Positions 1 through 9,149 of a stretch of 64,000 nt of DNA are shown here, piece after piece. The translations under genes and the position numbers were made by a program. This DNA is from PVC group bacterium (GTDB lineage: Bacteria > Verrucomicrobiota > Kiritimatiellia > CAIKKV01): the NCBI GenBank assembly GCA_945898015.1, contig CAMDGM010000009.1, positions 31,703-95,702 of the forward strand, given 5' to 3'. Below the pieces are notes generated by a model. The model saw only the letters and a program-made list of their open reading frames with translations, searched no databases and was not told where the DNA came from. Numbering within the stretch: the stretch's first letter is position 1; each line of letters starts with the position of its first letter.

Positions 1-864
1 ATCGCGATTCCTTTCCGCGGCCGCCCGCTGCTGGCGCACTCGCCACTCTGCGGCCGCCCGCACCACCAGTGTCACCAGCGCCAGACAGGCCAGCAGCGAG
101 GCGACAGCGTTGGCGGCGGCAAAATTGTACTCGTTGAACAGCGCTTCCACATGCAGGGGCAGCGTGTTGGTGCGGCCCCGGATATGACCCGAGACCACGG
201 ACACGGCACCAAACTCGCCCATGGCCCGCGCGTTGCACAGGATCACGCCATAGATCAAGCCCCACTTGATGTTGGGCAGGGTGACGGACCAGAAGGTGCG
301 CCAACCCGAGGCCCCCAGCAACCGCGCGGCATCCTCCTCCTCGTGGCCCTGGGATTCCATCAGGGGAATAAGCTCGCGGGCTACGAAGGGCGAGGTGACG
401 AACAGGGTGGCCAGCACCAGGCCAGGGAATGCGAAAATGACGTGAATGTCATGCTGTTCCAGCCAGGGTTGAAACCACCCCTGGCGGCCGAACAGCAACA
501 CGAAGAGCAGTCCCGCGATTACGGGCGAAACCGAAAAGGGTAGATCGACGAGAGTGGCGATCAACCGGCGGCCGCGGCAGGGGTTCTTGGCAATCGCCCA
601 TGCCAGGGCCACGCCAAACACGGTGTTGAGGGGCACCGTCACGGCGGCGACGCCCAGCGTCAGCCAGATAGCGGACAGGGCGTCGGGCTCGACAATTGCG
701 GCGGCATACACCTTCCATCCCTTTGACAGGGCCATGACAAGCACCTGAACCAGGGGCAGGAAAATGAACGCGCCGAGATAAAGGAGGGTTCCCGCCACCA
801 GCAGAAAACGGATGGGGCGTGGTTCCCGGATGGAGGGCAAGCGCGATGTGTCAGCGATTGGCAT
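1..864 (-). CDS. cysW: Sulfate ABC transporter permease CysW (3' end runs off the window)
   Basis: Not in the ORF track; translated by hand from ATG 864: MPIADTSRLPSIREPRPIRFLL...DLPFSVSPVIAGL...EEEDAARLLGA...ARAMGEFGAVSVVSGHIRGRTNTLPLHVEALFNEYNF; overlaps cysT stop; no stop before position 1. Confidence 0.92.
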   Translation of the reverse strand, partial: MPIADTSRLPSIREPRPIRFLLVAGTLLYLGAFIFLPLVQVLVMALSKGWKVYAAAIVEPDALSAIWLTLGVAAVTVPLNTVFGVALAWAIAKNPCRGRRLIATLVDLPFSVSPVIAGLLFVLLFGRQGWFQPWLEQHDIHVIFAFPGLVLATLFVTSPFVARELIPLMESQGHEEEDAARLLGASGWRTFWSVTLPNIKWGLIYGVILCNARAMGEFGAVSVVSGHIRGRTNTLPLHVEALFNEYNFAAANAVASLLACLALVTLVVRAAAEWRVRQQRAAAERNRD

Positions 865-1675
865 AACGCGAACGGCTCCAGCTTTGCAGCGAGTTGATGA
901 CCAGAAGCATGATAAACGACATGGACAGCAGAACGGTGGCCAACGCCGCGGCCCCGGCGTAATCATACTGCTCCAGCCTCGTGACGATCAGAAGTGAGGC
1001 GATTTCGGACTTCATCGGCAAGTTGCCGGCGATGAAAATCACCGATCCGTATTCGCCGAGCCCCCTGGCGAAAGCCATGGCGAATCCGGTGAGGAGGGCG
1101 GGGGCCAGCGCCGGGAAGATCACCTTCGCGAAAGTCACCCCGCGCGAAGCGCCCAAGCAGATGGCCGATTCTTCCAGCGCCGGATCCAGCTCCTCCAACA
1201 CCGGTTGGAGGGTTCGGACCACGAACGGGAGTCCGATGAACACCAGCGCCACGAAGACCCCGGCGGGTTGATAGGCAACCTGGATGCCAAGGGGGGCCAG
1301 AAAGCGGCCGATCCACCCGTCCGGCGCATACAGTTGCGCCAGGGCAATCCCCGCCACGGCGGTGGGCAGAGCGAAAGGAAGGTCCACCAAGGCATCGACC
1401 AGTCGGCGCCCCGGGAAGGGAATGCGGACCAGCACCCAGGCCACCAGCAGGCCCATCACGGCATTCAGGGCCGCCGCTAAAAAGGCTGCCCCGAACGTCA
1501 GCTTATAAGAGGCGATGGCGCGTGGGGAGGCTACAGCAGCCCAAAAAGCGGAACCATCAAGGGTCGCACCTTTCAGGATGGCGGTTGAGAGCGGAAGCAA
1601 GACGACGAGCCCCAGGTACATCATCGTCAGCCCCAGAATCAAACCGTGCTTGCCTGATGTGGAAGAGCCTTTCAT
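851..1675 (-). CDS. cysT: Sulfate ABC transporter permease CysT
   Basis: DALVDLPFALPTAVAGI, EESAICLGA (EAA loop), FARGLGEYGSVIFIAGN. Confidence 0.95.
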   Translation of the reverse strand: MKGSSTSGKHGLILGLTMMYLGLVVLLPLSTAILKGATLDGSAFWAAVASPRAIASYKLTFGAAFLAAALNAVMGLLVAWVLVRIPFPGRRLVDALVDLPFALPTAVAGIALAQLYAPDGWIGRFLAPLGIQVAYQPAGVFVALVFIGLPFVVRTLQPVLEELDPALEESAICLGASRGVTFAKVIFPALAPALLTGFAMAFARGLGEYGSVIFIAGNLPMKSEIASLLIVTRLEQYDYAGAAALATVLLSMSFIMLLVINSLQSWSRSRYANR

Positions 1676-1678
1676 CGA

Positions 1679-2674
1679 TCAGGGACGGACCATGATCTGG
1701 TCAAAGGTAGCGCCTTCGTCAAAATGATCCTTCTGCGCCTTGGCCCATCCTCCGAATTCGTCATCGATTGTGACGCAGGAAACCGGAACAAAGCGCTTCA
1801 TGTCGGCGGGATCGGCCATCTCTGGAAACGAGGGACGAAAGAAATTTTTTGCCGCCAGTTTCTGGCCGGCGGCCGTGTAGAGGAACGTCAGGTAGGCTTC
1901 GGCAATCTTCCGGGTTCCGCGCTTGTCGGACACGGCGTCCACGACGGCCACGGGCGGTTCTGCCAGAATGCTGACCGAGGGCACCACGATTTCGAACTGT
2001 TTGTCTGCGAACTCCTTTTGTGCCAGAAAGGCCTCGTTTTCCCAGGCCAGGAAGACGTCGCCCAGACCGCGTTGGCAAAAGGTGGTGGTTGAACCACGGG
2101 CGCCAGAGTCCAGAACGGGCACACGTTTGAAGAGTTCGCGCATATAGGCCATCGCGCCATCCCGGCCGCTGCGGTTTTTCATAGCCCAGGCCCAGGCGGC
2201 GAGGTAGTTCCATCGCGCACCCCCCGAGGTTTTGGGATTGGGCGTGATCACGGAGACGTCGGAGTTGAGCAGGTCGCCCCAGTCCTTGACGCCCTTGGGG
2301 TTCCCCTTGCGGACTAGGAAGACGATGGTGGAGGTGTAAGGGGCGCTGTTGCGGGGGAGGCGGGTCTGCCAGTTCTCGGGTAACAGGTTTGCCTGCTTGG
2401 CGAGGGCATCGATATCGTAGGCGAGGGCGAGGGTGACCACATCAGCCTGAAGGCCGTCGATCACGGCGCGGGCCTGTTTGCCAGACCCCCCGTGGGATTG
2501 TTCGATACGCAAGTCCTGTCCGGTTTCTGTTTTCCATGCCGCGGCGAAGGCCGTATTGACGGCTTTATAAAATTCGCGGGTCGGATCGTAGGAGACGTTC
2601 AGCAGCGTCGTGGGTTCGGCAGCCCGACCGATCGAGGCGAGGGCTAGCAGGCTGGCGAGGATTACGATTTTCAT
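1679..2674 (-). CDS. sbp: Sulfate/thiosulfate-binding periplasmic protein
   Basis: Signal peptide; [40 protein letters not shown]. Confidence 0.95.
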   Translation of the reverse strand: MKIVILASLLALASIGRAAEPTTLLNVSYDPTREFYKAVNTAFAAAWKTETGQDLRIEQSHGGSGKQARAVIDGLQADVVTLALAYDIDALAKQANLLPENWQTRLPRNSAPYTSTIVFLVRKGNPKGVKDWGDLLNSDVSVITPNPKTSGGARWNYLAAWAWAMKNRSGRDGAMAYMRELFKRVPVLDSGARGSTTTFCQRGLGDVFLAWENEAFLAQKEFADKQFEIVVPSVSILAEPPVAVVDAVSDKRGTRKIAEAYLTFLYTAAGQKLAAKNFFRPSFPEMADPADMKRFVPVSCVTIDDEFGGWAKAQKDHFDEGATFDQIMVRP

Positions 2675-2685
2675 GATAACACCTT

Positions 2686-2707
2686 ATCCTATCTTTTATG
2701 TAGACAT
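2686..2707. promoter_or_regulatory. Putative Rrf2 operator (CTA-N9-TAG) upstream of sbp
   Basis: atcCTAtcttttatgTAGacat; the same core recurs at 3262-3276 upstream of the Rrf2 gene. Confidence 0.55.
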
Positions 2708-2744
2708 GTTGCAAATAAATGGAGTATCGGGCTGGCGTGGCGGG

Positions 2745-3254
2745 TCAGGAAGTCGGATTGGAGCGGCGGGGTTTGCGGGCATGCGCGGGCTTGACCGCGG
2801 TCGGACGGGTCTCGGCCAGAGCACCTTTGACGGCGTCGGACCGTTTCTGCATGTCGGCAAGACTGGTTTGGTCGAGAATGTTGGCCATCGCGTCACGTAC
2901 CTCCTTCATGACCAACCGGAGGCCGCAGGATGACTCGTCGCCACAGTCGGGGCATGGGCGGTAGGCGGTAACGCTGACGCAGGGGATTGGGGCCAGAGGT
3001 CCATCGATCCGCCGGATCAAATCGCCCAGCATGATCGTGTTGGCGGGGCGTGCCAGCCCATAGCCGCCTTCGGGCCCCCGCCGGCTGTACAGGATGCCGT
3101 CCCGGTTGAGTTGCAGAAGGATTCGCTCCAGAAATTTTTGAGGTATTTTTTCTTCGCGGGCGATGTCGCCAATCCGGACCGGCGCGCCGCCTTCGGGCCG
3201 GCGCGCAAGGTAAGCCAGTGCTTTGATCGCATATTTAGCGGAACGAGTGAGCAT
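2745..3254 (-). CDS. Rrf2-family transcriptional regulator with Cys cluster
   Basis: wHTH (IPQKFLERILLQL, SRRGPEGGYGLA) and PCVSVTAYRPCPDCGDESSC; heads the sulfate operon. Confidence 0.93.
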   Translation of the reverse strand: MLTRSAKYAIKALAYLARRPEGGAPVRIGDIAREEKIPQKFLERILLQLNRDGILYSRRGPEGGYGLARPANTIMLGDLIRRIDGPLAPIPCVSVTAYRPCPDCGDESSCGLRLVMKEVRDAMANILDQTSLADMQKRSDAVKGALAETRPTAVKPAHARKPRRSNPTS

Positions 3255-3256
3255 TT

Positions 3257-3281
3257 ATTCCCTATCGATTTAGTAGGGATA
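3257..3281. promoter_or_regulatory. Putative Rrf2 autoregulatory operator
   Basis: attccCTAtcgatttagTAGggata palindrome directly upstream of the ATG. Confidence 0.55.
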
Positions 3282-3327
3282 ATAGCTCAACCGCCACGTC
3301 AAACAAGAACTATTTTTCGTTTCCGAC

Positions 3328-3864
3328 TCAGCCCACGACGGGAACGATTTGGAAAAAGGATTGCGGATGGGCGCAAACCGGGCACTTATCCAGCGCTTTC
3401 GTTCCTTCGTGGGTGAACCCGCACTCCCGGCATTCCCATTTGACCTTGTCCGTTTTCTGGAAAACCGTTCCGGCTTCCACGTTTTTCAGGAGAGCCTGAT
3501 ACCGCGCTTGATGCTCTTTTTCGATTTTGCCGATGTTTTCAAAAACACGGGCGATCTCGGCGAATCCCTCGTCACGGGCTTCCTTGGCCATCCGAGGATA
3601 CATGTCCGTCCACTCCTGACCTTCACCGGCAGCGGCGGCTTTCAGGTTCGCGGCGGTGTTGCCGATTCCCGCCAGTGCCGTGAAATGCAGCTTGGCATGG
3701 CACTTTTCCTGCTCGGCTGTTTTCAGGAAAATTTCGGCGATCTGTTCAAACCCTTCTTTTTTCGCGACGGTCGCGAAAAAGGTGTATTTGTTTCGAGCCT
3801 GGGATTCCCCCGCAAAGGCTTCCTGCAGGTTTTTTTCAGTCTTCGTTCCCTTGAGTTCGGCCAT
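3328..3864 (-). CDS. rbr: Rubrerythrin
   Basis: NLQEAFAGESQARNKY diiron domain; C-terminal WECRECG...CPVCAHP rubredoxin domain. Confidence 0.96.
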   Translation of the reverse strand: MAELKGTKTEKNLQEAFAGESQARNKYTFFATVAKKEGFEQIAEIFLKTAEQEKCHAKLHFTALAGIGNTAANLKAAAAGEGQEWTDMYPRMAKEARDEGFAEIARVFENIGKIEKEHQARYQALLKNVEAGTVFQKTDKVKWECRECGFTHEGTKALDKCPVCAHPQSFFQIVPVVG

Positions 3865-4039
3865 GACGCTCTCCTTTTGTTATGACTGATGACGTAAGCG
3901 ACCAGTTTACAACGTAATTCTCAAATCATATCAATAACGCCTTGTCATGACAAGCCTGCATCTCCCGGTTCAGGAAATAATGACGTTGCATAACCGGTGT
4001 CGCCTTGCCATCATGCGGGTTTTCCAAAGGAGTCACGAC

Positions 4040-7000
4040 ATGTCGTTAAATTCTGAATGGCGCGCAAAAATAGAGCAATGGCGCGATGCGATCGGGTGCA
4101 TGGTTTTCCGCAAATTAGCCGATGCGCCGCTGGCGGGCTTCAAAACCCGCGAGCAGTTGGCGCCGGGCCAAGCCAGCAAGCGGGCTTTCGTCGCCATGCC
4201 GGAAGGGCGCGCCTGGGGCGCCAAATGGGAATACGCCTGGCTACGCACGCGCGTTGTCACGCCTGCCACAGCCCGGGGAAAGCGATTAGTTTTCCGTTTC
4301 GGCGAGAGCGGTTCGTTCACCGTCAATCCGGGCGGGGAAGGGCGTTTCATTGTCAACGGCCGCGAAGCTGGCGCTTGTGACTGGGCGCATCCCGAGGTGT
4401 TGCTGGCGGCCCGGGCCACGCCAGGCAAATCGTATGAGCTGCTCATCGAGCTTTACGCGGGGCACGGTGCCACCCCATGCGGGCGAGGGCCTGTTTTGGA
4501 CGAAGAGGCGAGTGTTCCGGAACCGCCCCCTAACCAGCAACGCATTCCGGTGGCCTCCGTCGGCATCTGGGAGGAAGACGCCTTCCAGACCTGGCTTGAT
4601 CTTCAAACCCTTCTGGATGTGCGGGACAACCTTGACGCCGACAGCTTGCGAGTCATGAAAATCGACGAAGCCCTGCGCGACTTTTGCGTGGCCTTCGATC
4701 CCGAATTGCCGGCCGACCGGCGGATCGGCGTCTTACGGAAAGCGCGCCAACTCTTGAAGCCTGTGTTGGCATGCCAGAATGGATCCACGGCGCCGGCCTA
4801 TTATTGTTTCGGTCATTCTCACATTGATGTGGCCTGGCTGTGGCCTCTCGCGGAAACAGAGCGTAAGTGCGCGCGAACGTTTGGGGTGCAACTGGCCCTG
4901 ATTGAGCAATATCCGGAATTCCGCTTTTTCCAGAGCCAGCCGCACCTCTATCGCATGACCAAGCGCCTTTACCCCGAGCTCTATGCGAGAATCAAGCAGG
5001 CTGTCCGGAAAGGCCAATGGCTGGCGGACGGCGGCATGTGGGTGGAATGCGACACCAATGTGGCCGGCGGCGAGGCCATGATTCGCCAATTCATCCACGG
5101 CAAGCGTTTTTTCAAGGAGGAGTTCGGCATCACCAGCGAGCTCATGTGGTTGCCCGATGTATTCGGTTATTCCGGCGCGTTGCCGCAGATCATGGCCGGA
5201 TGCGGCGTCCAGTATTTTTCCACCCAGAAGATTTCATGGAACTATAACAGCGAACTGCCGCTGAAGGTACAGACGTTCTGGTGGGAGGGCATCGACGGCA
5301 CCCGCGTGCTCACGCACCTCCATCAGGATTACAATTCGCAGACCACGCCCGGTTGCTTGATGAAGCGGTGGAAAGAACGTTTCCAGAAGGATGGCATCGA
5401 TTCACGACTGATCCCCTTCGGCTGGGGCGATGGGGGCGGAGGACCGACCCGCCAGCATCTCGAGTTTCTGCGGCGGCAGAAGGATTTGGAAGGAGCGCCA
5501 CGGTGCCGCATCGCGGGGCCGGTCGAGTTCTTCAAAGACGAACTCCGCAAGGGGCGCGACCTGCCGGTCGTCGTGGGTGAACTCTATTTCCAGGCCCACC
5601 GGGGAACCTACACGTCCCAGGCGCGCACCAAGCGCGGCAACCGGAAGGCCGAGTTCGCTCTGCGGGATATGGAGCTCTGGGGGCAGGCGGCGGCGATGCT
5701 CGTGCGAAAACCCTATCCTCTTGCCAAGGCTGACGAGTTGTGGAAAGGCGTGCTTCTGAACCAGTTCCACGACATCCTGCCCGGTTCCTCAATCCATCGC
5801 GTGTATGTGGAAGCCGAGGCGTTGCATCAGCAGGTGATCAACGAGGCCGTGCTGGAGTCCGACGCTGCCCAGCAATCGCTGGTCACGCCGCAGGTCAAGG
5901 CGCTCACAGTCTTTAATTCCTTGTCGTGGGACCGGCCGGTTCTGGTTCGCCTGCCCAAGTCGCTGGCGGGTGTTGAGTCGGATGGCGCAATGTTGCCGAT
6001 TCAGAAAATCGGCGATGACCGGTATGTGGAAGCCCGGGTGCCGCCGTGCGGCTGGAAAACCCTCCTGGCGGGGATTCCTGGAGCGATCGTTGAGGGCCCC
6101 CGTGCTTCTTCGAAGGGGCTTGAAAATGAGCGGATCCGGGTGGCCTTTAACGACTATGGGGAGATTACGAGCCTCGTTGACAAAGAAACCGGCCTCGAAT
6201 TAGCCGCTTCCCCGATGAACCGGTTCCGCCTGTTCAAGGATGTGCCGCGGGCCTATGACGCGTGGGATGTGGACTCCAATTACGAGCAGTTTGAAGTGGC
6301 TCTTTCGGAAAAGGCCCGGATCGATGTGGTTTCGGAAGGGCCGCTAGCCGCGGTAATCCGGATCACCCGGCGGGTCAGTCGGTCGACCATCACCCAGGAA
6401 GTCTGGCTGCGGCGCGACAGCCGGAGGCTGGATTTCAAAACCGTGGTGGACTGGCAGGAAAAACACCGGCTTTTGAAGGTGGCCTTTCCCACGGCGCTTC
6501 ATGCTCAGGAGGCCATCCATGAAATTCAATTCGGTCATCTGAGGCGTCCGGGCCACCGGTCCCTGCCGTACGACGCGGATCGGTTCGAAGTGTGCAATCA
6601 CAAATGGACGGCCCTGGAAGAGGGGAATCGCGGCGCCGCGGTTTTAAACGATTGCAAATACGGCGTCAACGTGATCGGCGGATCGATCCAGCTGACGCTG
6701 TTGCGTTCCCCGAAAGCGCCGGATATGACCGCGGACGTCGGGTTGCAGGAATTCACCTATTCGTTCCATTCCTGGAATGGTCCGTTCTTCGAAGCGGATG
6801 TGGTGCGAGAAGCGTATGACCTCAACGTGCCGCCGACGGTCCAGTCCGGGTCCGCGGGAGAGGCCTCTCTTTTCCAGATAAACGCCCTCAACGTGATCGT
6901 TGAAGCGGTTAAACCGGCGGAGGATGGCAGCGGGGACTGCATTGTGCGATTGTACGAATGCAAACACGCCGCGACCCCCTGCGTGCTGCGGACGACCCTG

Positions 7001-7126
7001 CCGGTGAAAAAGGCCGCTCAAGTCAATATGCTGGAAGAGCCCGTTCGCGCCCTGTCATTTCTGAAAGGGGCGGTCACGCTGACATTCAAGCCGTTTGAAG
7101 TGATCACCCTTCGGTTCAAGCCTTAA
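4040..7126 (+). CDS. Alpha-mannosidase, glycoside hydrolase family 38
   Basis: GHSHIDVAWLWP, WLPDVFGYS, GWGDGGGGP, LNQFHDILPGSSI; start moved to ATG 4040 after AAGGAG RBS. Confidence 0.93.
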   Translation: MSLNSEWRAKIEQWRDAIGCMVFRKLADAPLAGFKTREQLAPGQASKRAFVAMPEGRAWGAKWEYAWLRTRVVTPATARGKRLVFRFGESGSFTVNPGGEGRFIVNGREAGACDWAHPEVLLAARATPGKSYELLIELYAGHGATPCGRGPVLDEEASVPEPPPNQQRIPVASVGIWEEDAFQTWLDLQTLLDVRDNLDADSLRVMKIDEALRDFCVAFDPELPADRRIGVLRKARQLLKPVLACQNGSTAPAYYCFGHSHIDVAWLWPLAETERKCARTFGVQLALIEQYPEFRFFQSQPHLYRMTKRLYPELYARIKQAVRKGQWLADGGMWVECDTNVAGGEAMIRQFIHGKRFFKEEFGITSELMWLPDVFGYSGALPQIMAGCGVQYFSTQKISWNYNSELPLKVQTFWWEGIDGTRVLTHLHQDYNSQTTPGCLMKRWKERFQKDGIDSRLIPFGWGDGGGGPTRQHLEFLRRQKDLEGAPRCRIAGPVEFFKDELRKGRDLPVVVGELYFQAHRGTYTSQARTKRGNRKAEFALRDMELWGQAAAMLVRKPYPLAKADELWKGVLLNQFHDILPGSSIHRVYVEAEALHQQVINEAVLESDAAQQSLVTPQVKALTVFNSLSWDRPVLVRLPKSLAGVESDGAMLPIQKIGDDRYVEARVPPCGWKTLLAGIPGAIVEGPRASSKGLENERIRVAFNDYGEITSLVDKETGLELAASPMNRFRLFKDVPRAYDAWDVDSNYEQFEVALSEKARIDVVSEGPLAAVIRITRRVSRSTITQEVWLRRDSRRLDFKTVVDWQEKHRLLKVAFPTALHAQEAIHEIQFGHLRRPGHRSLPYDADRFEVCNHKWTALEEGNRGAAVLNDCKYGVNVIGGSIQLTLLRSPKAPDMTADVGLQEFTYSFHSWNGPFFEADVVREAYDLNVPPTVQSGSAGEASLFQINALNVIVEAVKPAEDGSGDCIVRLYECKHAATPCVLRTTLPVKKAAQVNMLEEPVRALSFLKGAVTLTFKPFEVITLRFKP

Positions 7127-7154
7127 CGCCCGACGGCGTAACGTGTGTGGAGGA

Positions 7155-7183
7155 TTGACTCGCCACGCCGGGCGCGCTAGTGT
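7155..7183 (+). promoter_or_regulatory. Possible sigma70 promoter of the GH4 gene
   Basis: TTGACT-17 nt-TAGTGT. Confidence 0.35.
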
Positions 7184-7220
7184 AATCAGTCTTAACAGGA
7201 TAATCATGGGGAGACGGTTT

Positions 7221-9128
7221 ATGGCAATCAAAGTGGCGTTTATCGGGGCCGGAAGCATTGGTTTCACGCGGGGTCTGGTGCGGGACATTTTGGCCGTGCC
7301 CGAGTTCAAGGACACCCGGTTTACCTTTACCGACATCAATCCCCGAAACCTCGAGATGGTGGCGTTGCTTTGCCAGAAGGATATCCGGGAAAGCACCCTG
7401 CCGGCGACGATCACGTCCACGGTGAATCGCCGAAAAGCGTTGCAGGACGCCGATTATGTCATCAGTTGCGCCCGGATCGGGGGGCTGTCCGCGTTTGAAA
7501 CGGATATTGAAATCCCGTTGAAATACGGCGTGGACCAGTGCGTGGGCGACACCCTTTGCGCGGGTGGCATCATGTATGGGCAGCGCAATGTCGCCGCCAT
7601 CCTTGATTTTTGCCGGGACATCCGAGAGGTCTCCAAAAAGGGCGCCCTTTTCCTGAATTACGCGAACCCCAACGCCATGAACACCTGGGCCGCCAACCAT
7701 TTCGGAAAAGTCAACACCATCGGCTTGTGCCACGGCGTCATGGGTGGACATCATCAGATTGCCGAAGTCATCAAACTGCTGGTGAATGACAAGAAGAAGC
7801 CTGGCGAGCGGGGTTATGTGGCGGTCACCGCCAAAGATGTGGACATTATCTGCGCGGGCATCAACCACCAGACCTGGTATGTCCGCGTTCAATACAAGGG
7901 GAAAGATTGGACCGGGCGACTGCTTGAGGGTTTTGAGCGACACCCCGTCTATTCCGAAACGGAAAAGGTGCGCATCGATATGCTGCGCCGTTTCGGGTAT
8001 TTTTCTACCGAGAGCAACGGTCACCTGTCCGAATACGTCCCCTGGTATCGCAAGCGGCTCAAGGAGATCGGGAAGTGGATTTCGCTTTCCTCCTGGATCA
8101 ACGGAGAGACCGGCGGCTATCTGCGGGTTTGCCGGGAAGGCCGACAGTGGTTCAATACGGAATTCCCGAAGTGGCTGAAGGCGAAGGATCGTCCCATCAC
8201 CGCGGAAAACCGTGGCCACGAACACGGCAGCTATATTATCGAGGGCCTTGAGACCGGCCGGGTATACCGCGGTCATTTCAATGTGGTGAATAACGGGGCG
8301 ATCACCAACCTGCCGGATGACTCAATTGTTGAATTGCCGGGATATGTTGATCGGAATGGTGTCAACATTCCCAAAGTCGGCCCCCTGCCGCTCGGTTGCG
8401 CGGCGGTCTGCAATGTTTCTATTTCGGTTCAGCGTTTGGCTGTTGAGGCCGCTGTTCACGGTGATGTGGCGTTGCTGAAGCAAGCCATGATGCTGGATCC
8501 GCTCACCGGAGCGGTCTGCGACCCCGAGGATATTTCCCAGATGACGGATGAGATGCTCGTGGCGCAGGCCGAATGGCTGCCCCAGTATCGCAAAGCCATT
8601 CCCGCGGCGAAACAACGACTGGCAGCGGCCAAGCGGAGCGGCGCCTACCGGGGAACCTGCACGGCGAAGGGCATTCGCAACACCTCGGCGAAAAAGACCA
8701 CCTGGGCTCGCGTTATCCTGACCCGGTACGCGGTCAGCAACTTGCAGGAACCGGTAAAGGATATCCGGAAAGTGGGGCTTCCTTCAGCCAGTCTATGCCG
8801 CGAAGATATTGAGGGTCGGGTGAATCTCATGCCCGATGGGTTTGCGGATCTCCGGGGCGTGCATGGCGGCAAGGATGGCGTGATTTTTGCGGCGGTTTCC
8901 TATCGGGCCCGCCATGCGTTCAAAGGGAGTTTGTGCTATGGCGCGGACGGCCCGGTCAAGGTCTGGGTCAACGGTCGCGAAGCCGACTGCCAGCCCAAGG
9001 CTTCTAATCCGGCCGTGCCCGGCATTTTCAAGGCGGCGGTTTCGTGGAAACGGGGGGCTAACACCGTTTTGTTTGCCCTGTCCAGCAATGGCGGAAAAGC
9101 ATGGGGACTGTACGCCGGCATTCGCTAG
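7221..9128 (+). CDS. NAD+-dependent GH4 alpha-galactosidase/glucosidase with extra C-terminal beta-sandwich domain
   Basis: KVAFIGAGSIGF, DQCVGDTLCAGG, LNYANPNAM, GLCHGV, AGINHQTW, STESNGHLSEY; about 150 aa C-terminal extension. Confidence 0.92.
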   Translation: MAIKVAFIGAGSIGFTRGLVRDILAVPEFKDTRFTFTDINPRNLEMVALLCQKDIRESTLPATITSTVNRRKALQDADYVISCARIGGLSAFETDIEIPLKYGVDQCVGDTLCAGGIMYGQRNVAAILDFCRDIREVSKKGALFLNYANPNAMNTWAANHFGKVNTIGLCHGVMGGHHQIAEVIKLLVNDKKKPGERGYVAVTAKDVDIICAGINHQTWYVRVQYKGKDWTGRLLEGFERHPVYSETEKVRIDMLRRFGYFSTESNGHLSEYVPWYRKRLKEIGKWISLSSWINGETGGYLRVCREGRQWFNTEFPKWLKAKDRPITAENRGHEHGSYIIEGLETGRVYRGHFNVVNNGAITNLPDDSIVELPGYVDRNGVNIPKVGPLPLGCAAVCNVSISVQRLAVEAAVHGDVALLKQAMMLDPLTGAVCDPEDISQMTDEMLVAQAEWLPQYRKAIPAAKQRLAAAKRSGAYRGTCTAKGIRNTSAKKTTWARVILTRYAVSNLQEPVKDIRKVGLPSASLCREDIEGRVNLMPDGFADLRGVHGGKDGVIFAAVSYRARHAFKGSLCYGADGPVKVWVNGREADCQPKASNPAVPGIFKAAVSWKRGANTVLFALSSNGGKAWGLYAGIR

Positions 9129-9149
9129 AGCGTAGGCGTGATCTGAGCT

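Noticed and set aside
3905-3925. Possible PerR/Fur box upstream of rubrerythrin (TTGAGAAT half-site)
   Set aside because: Only one half-site matches; palindrome too weak to call
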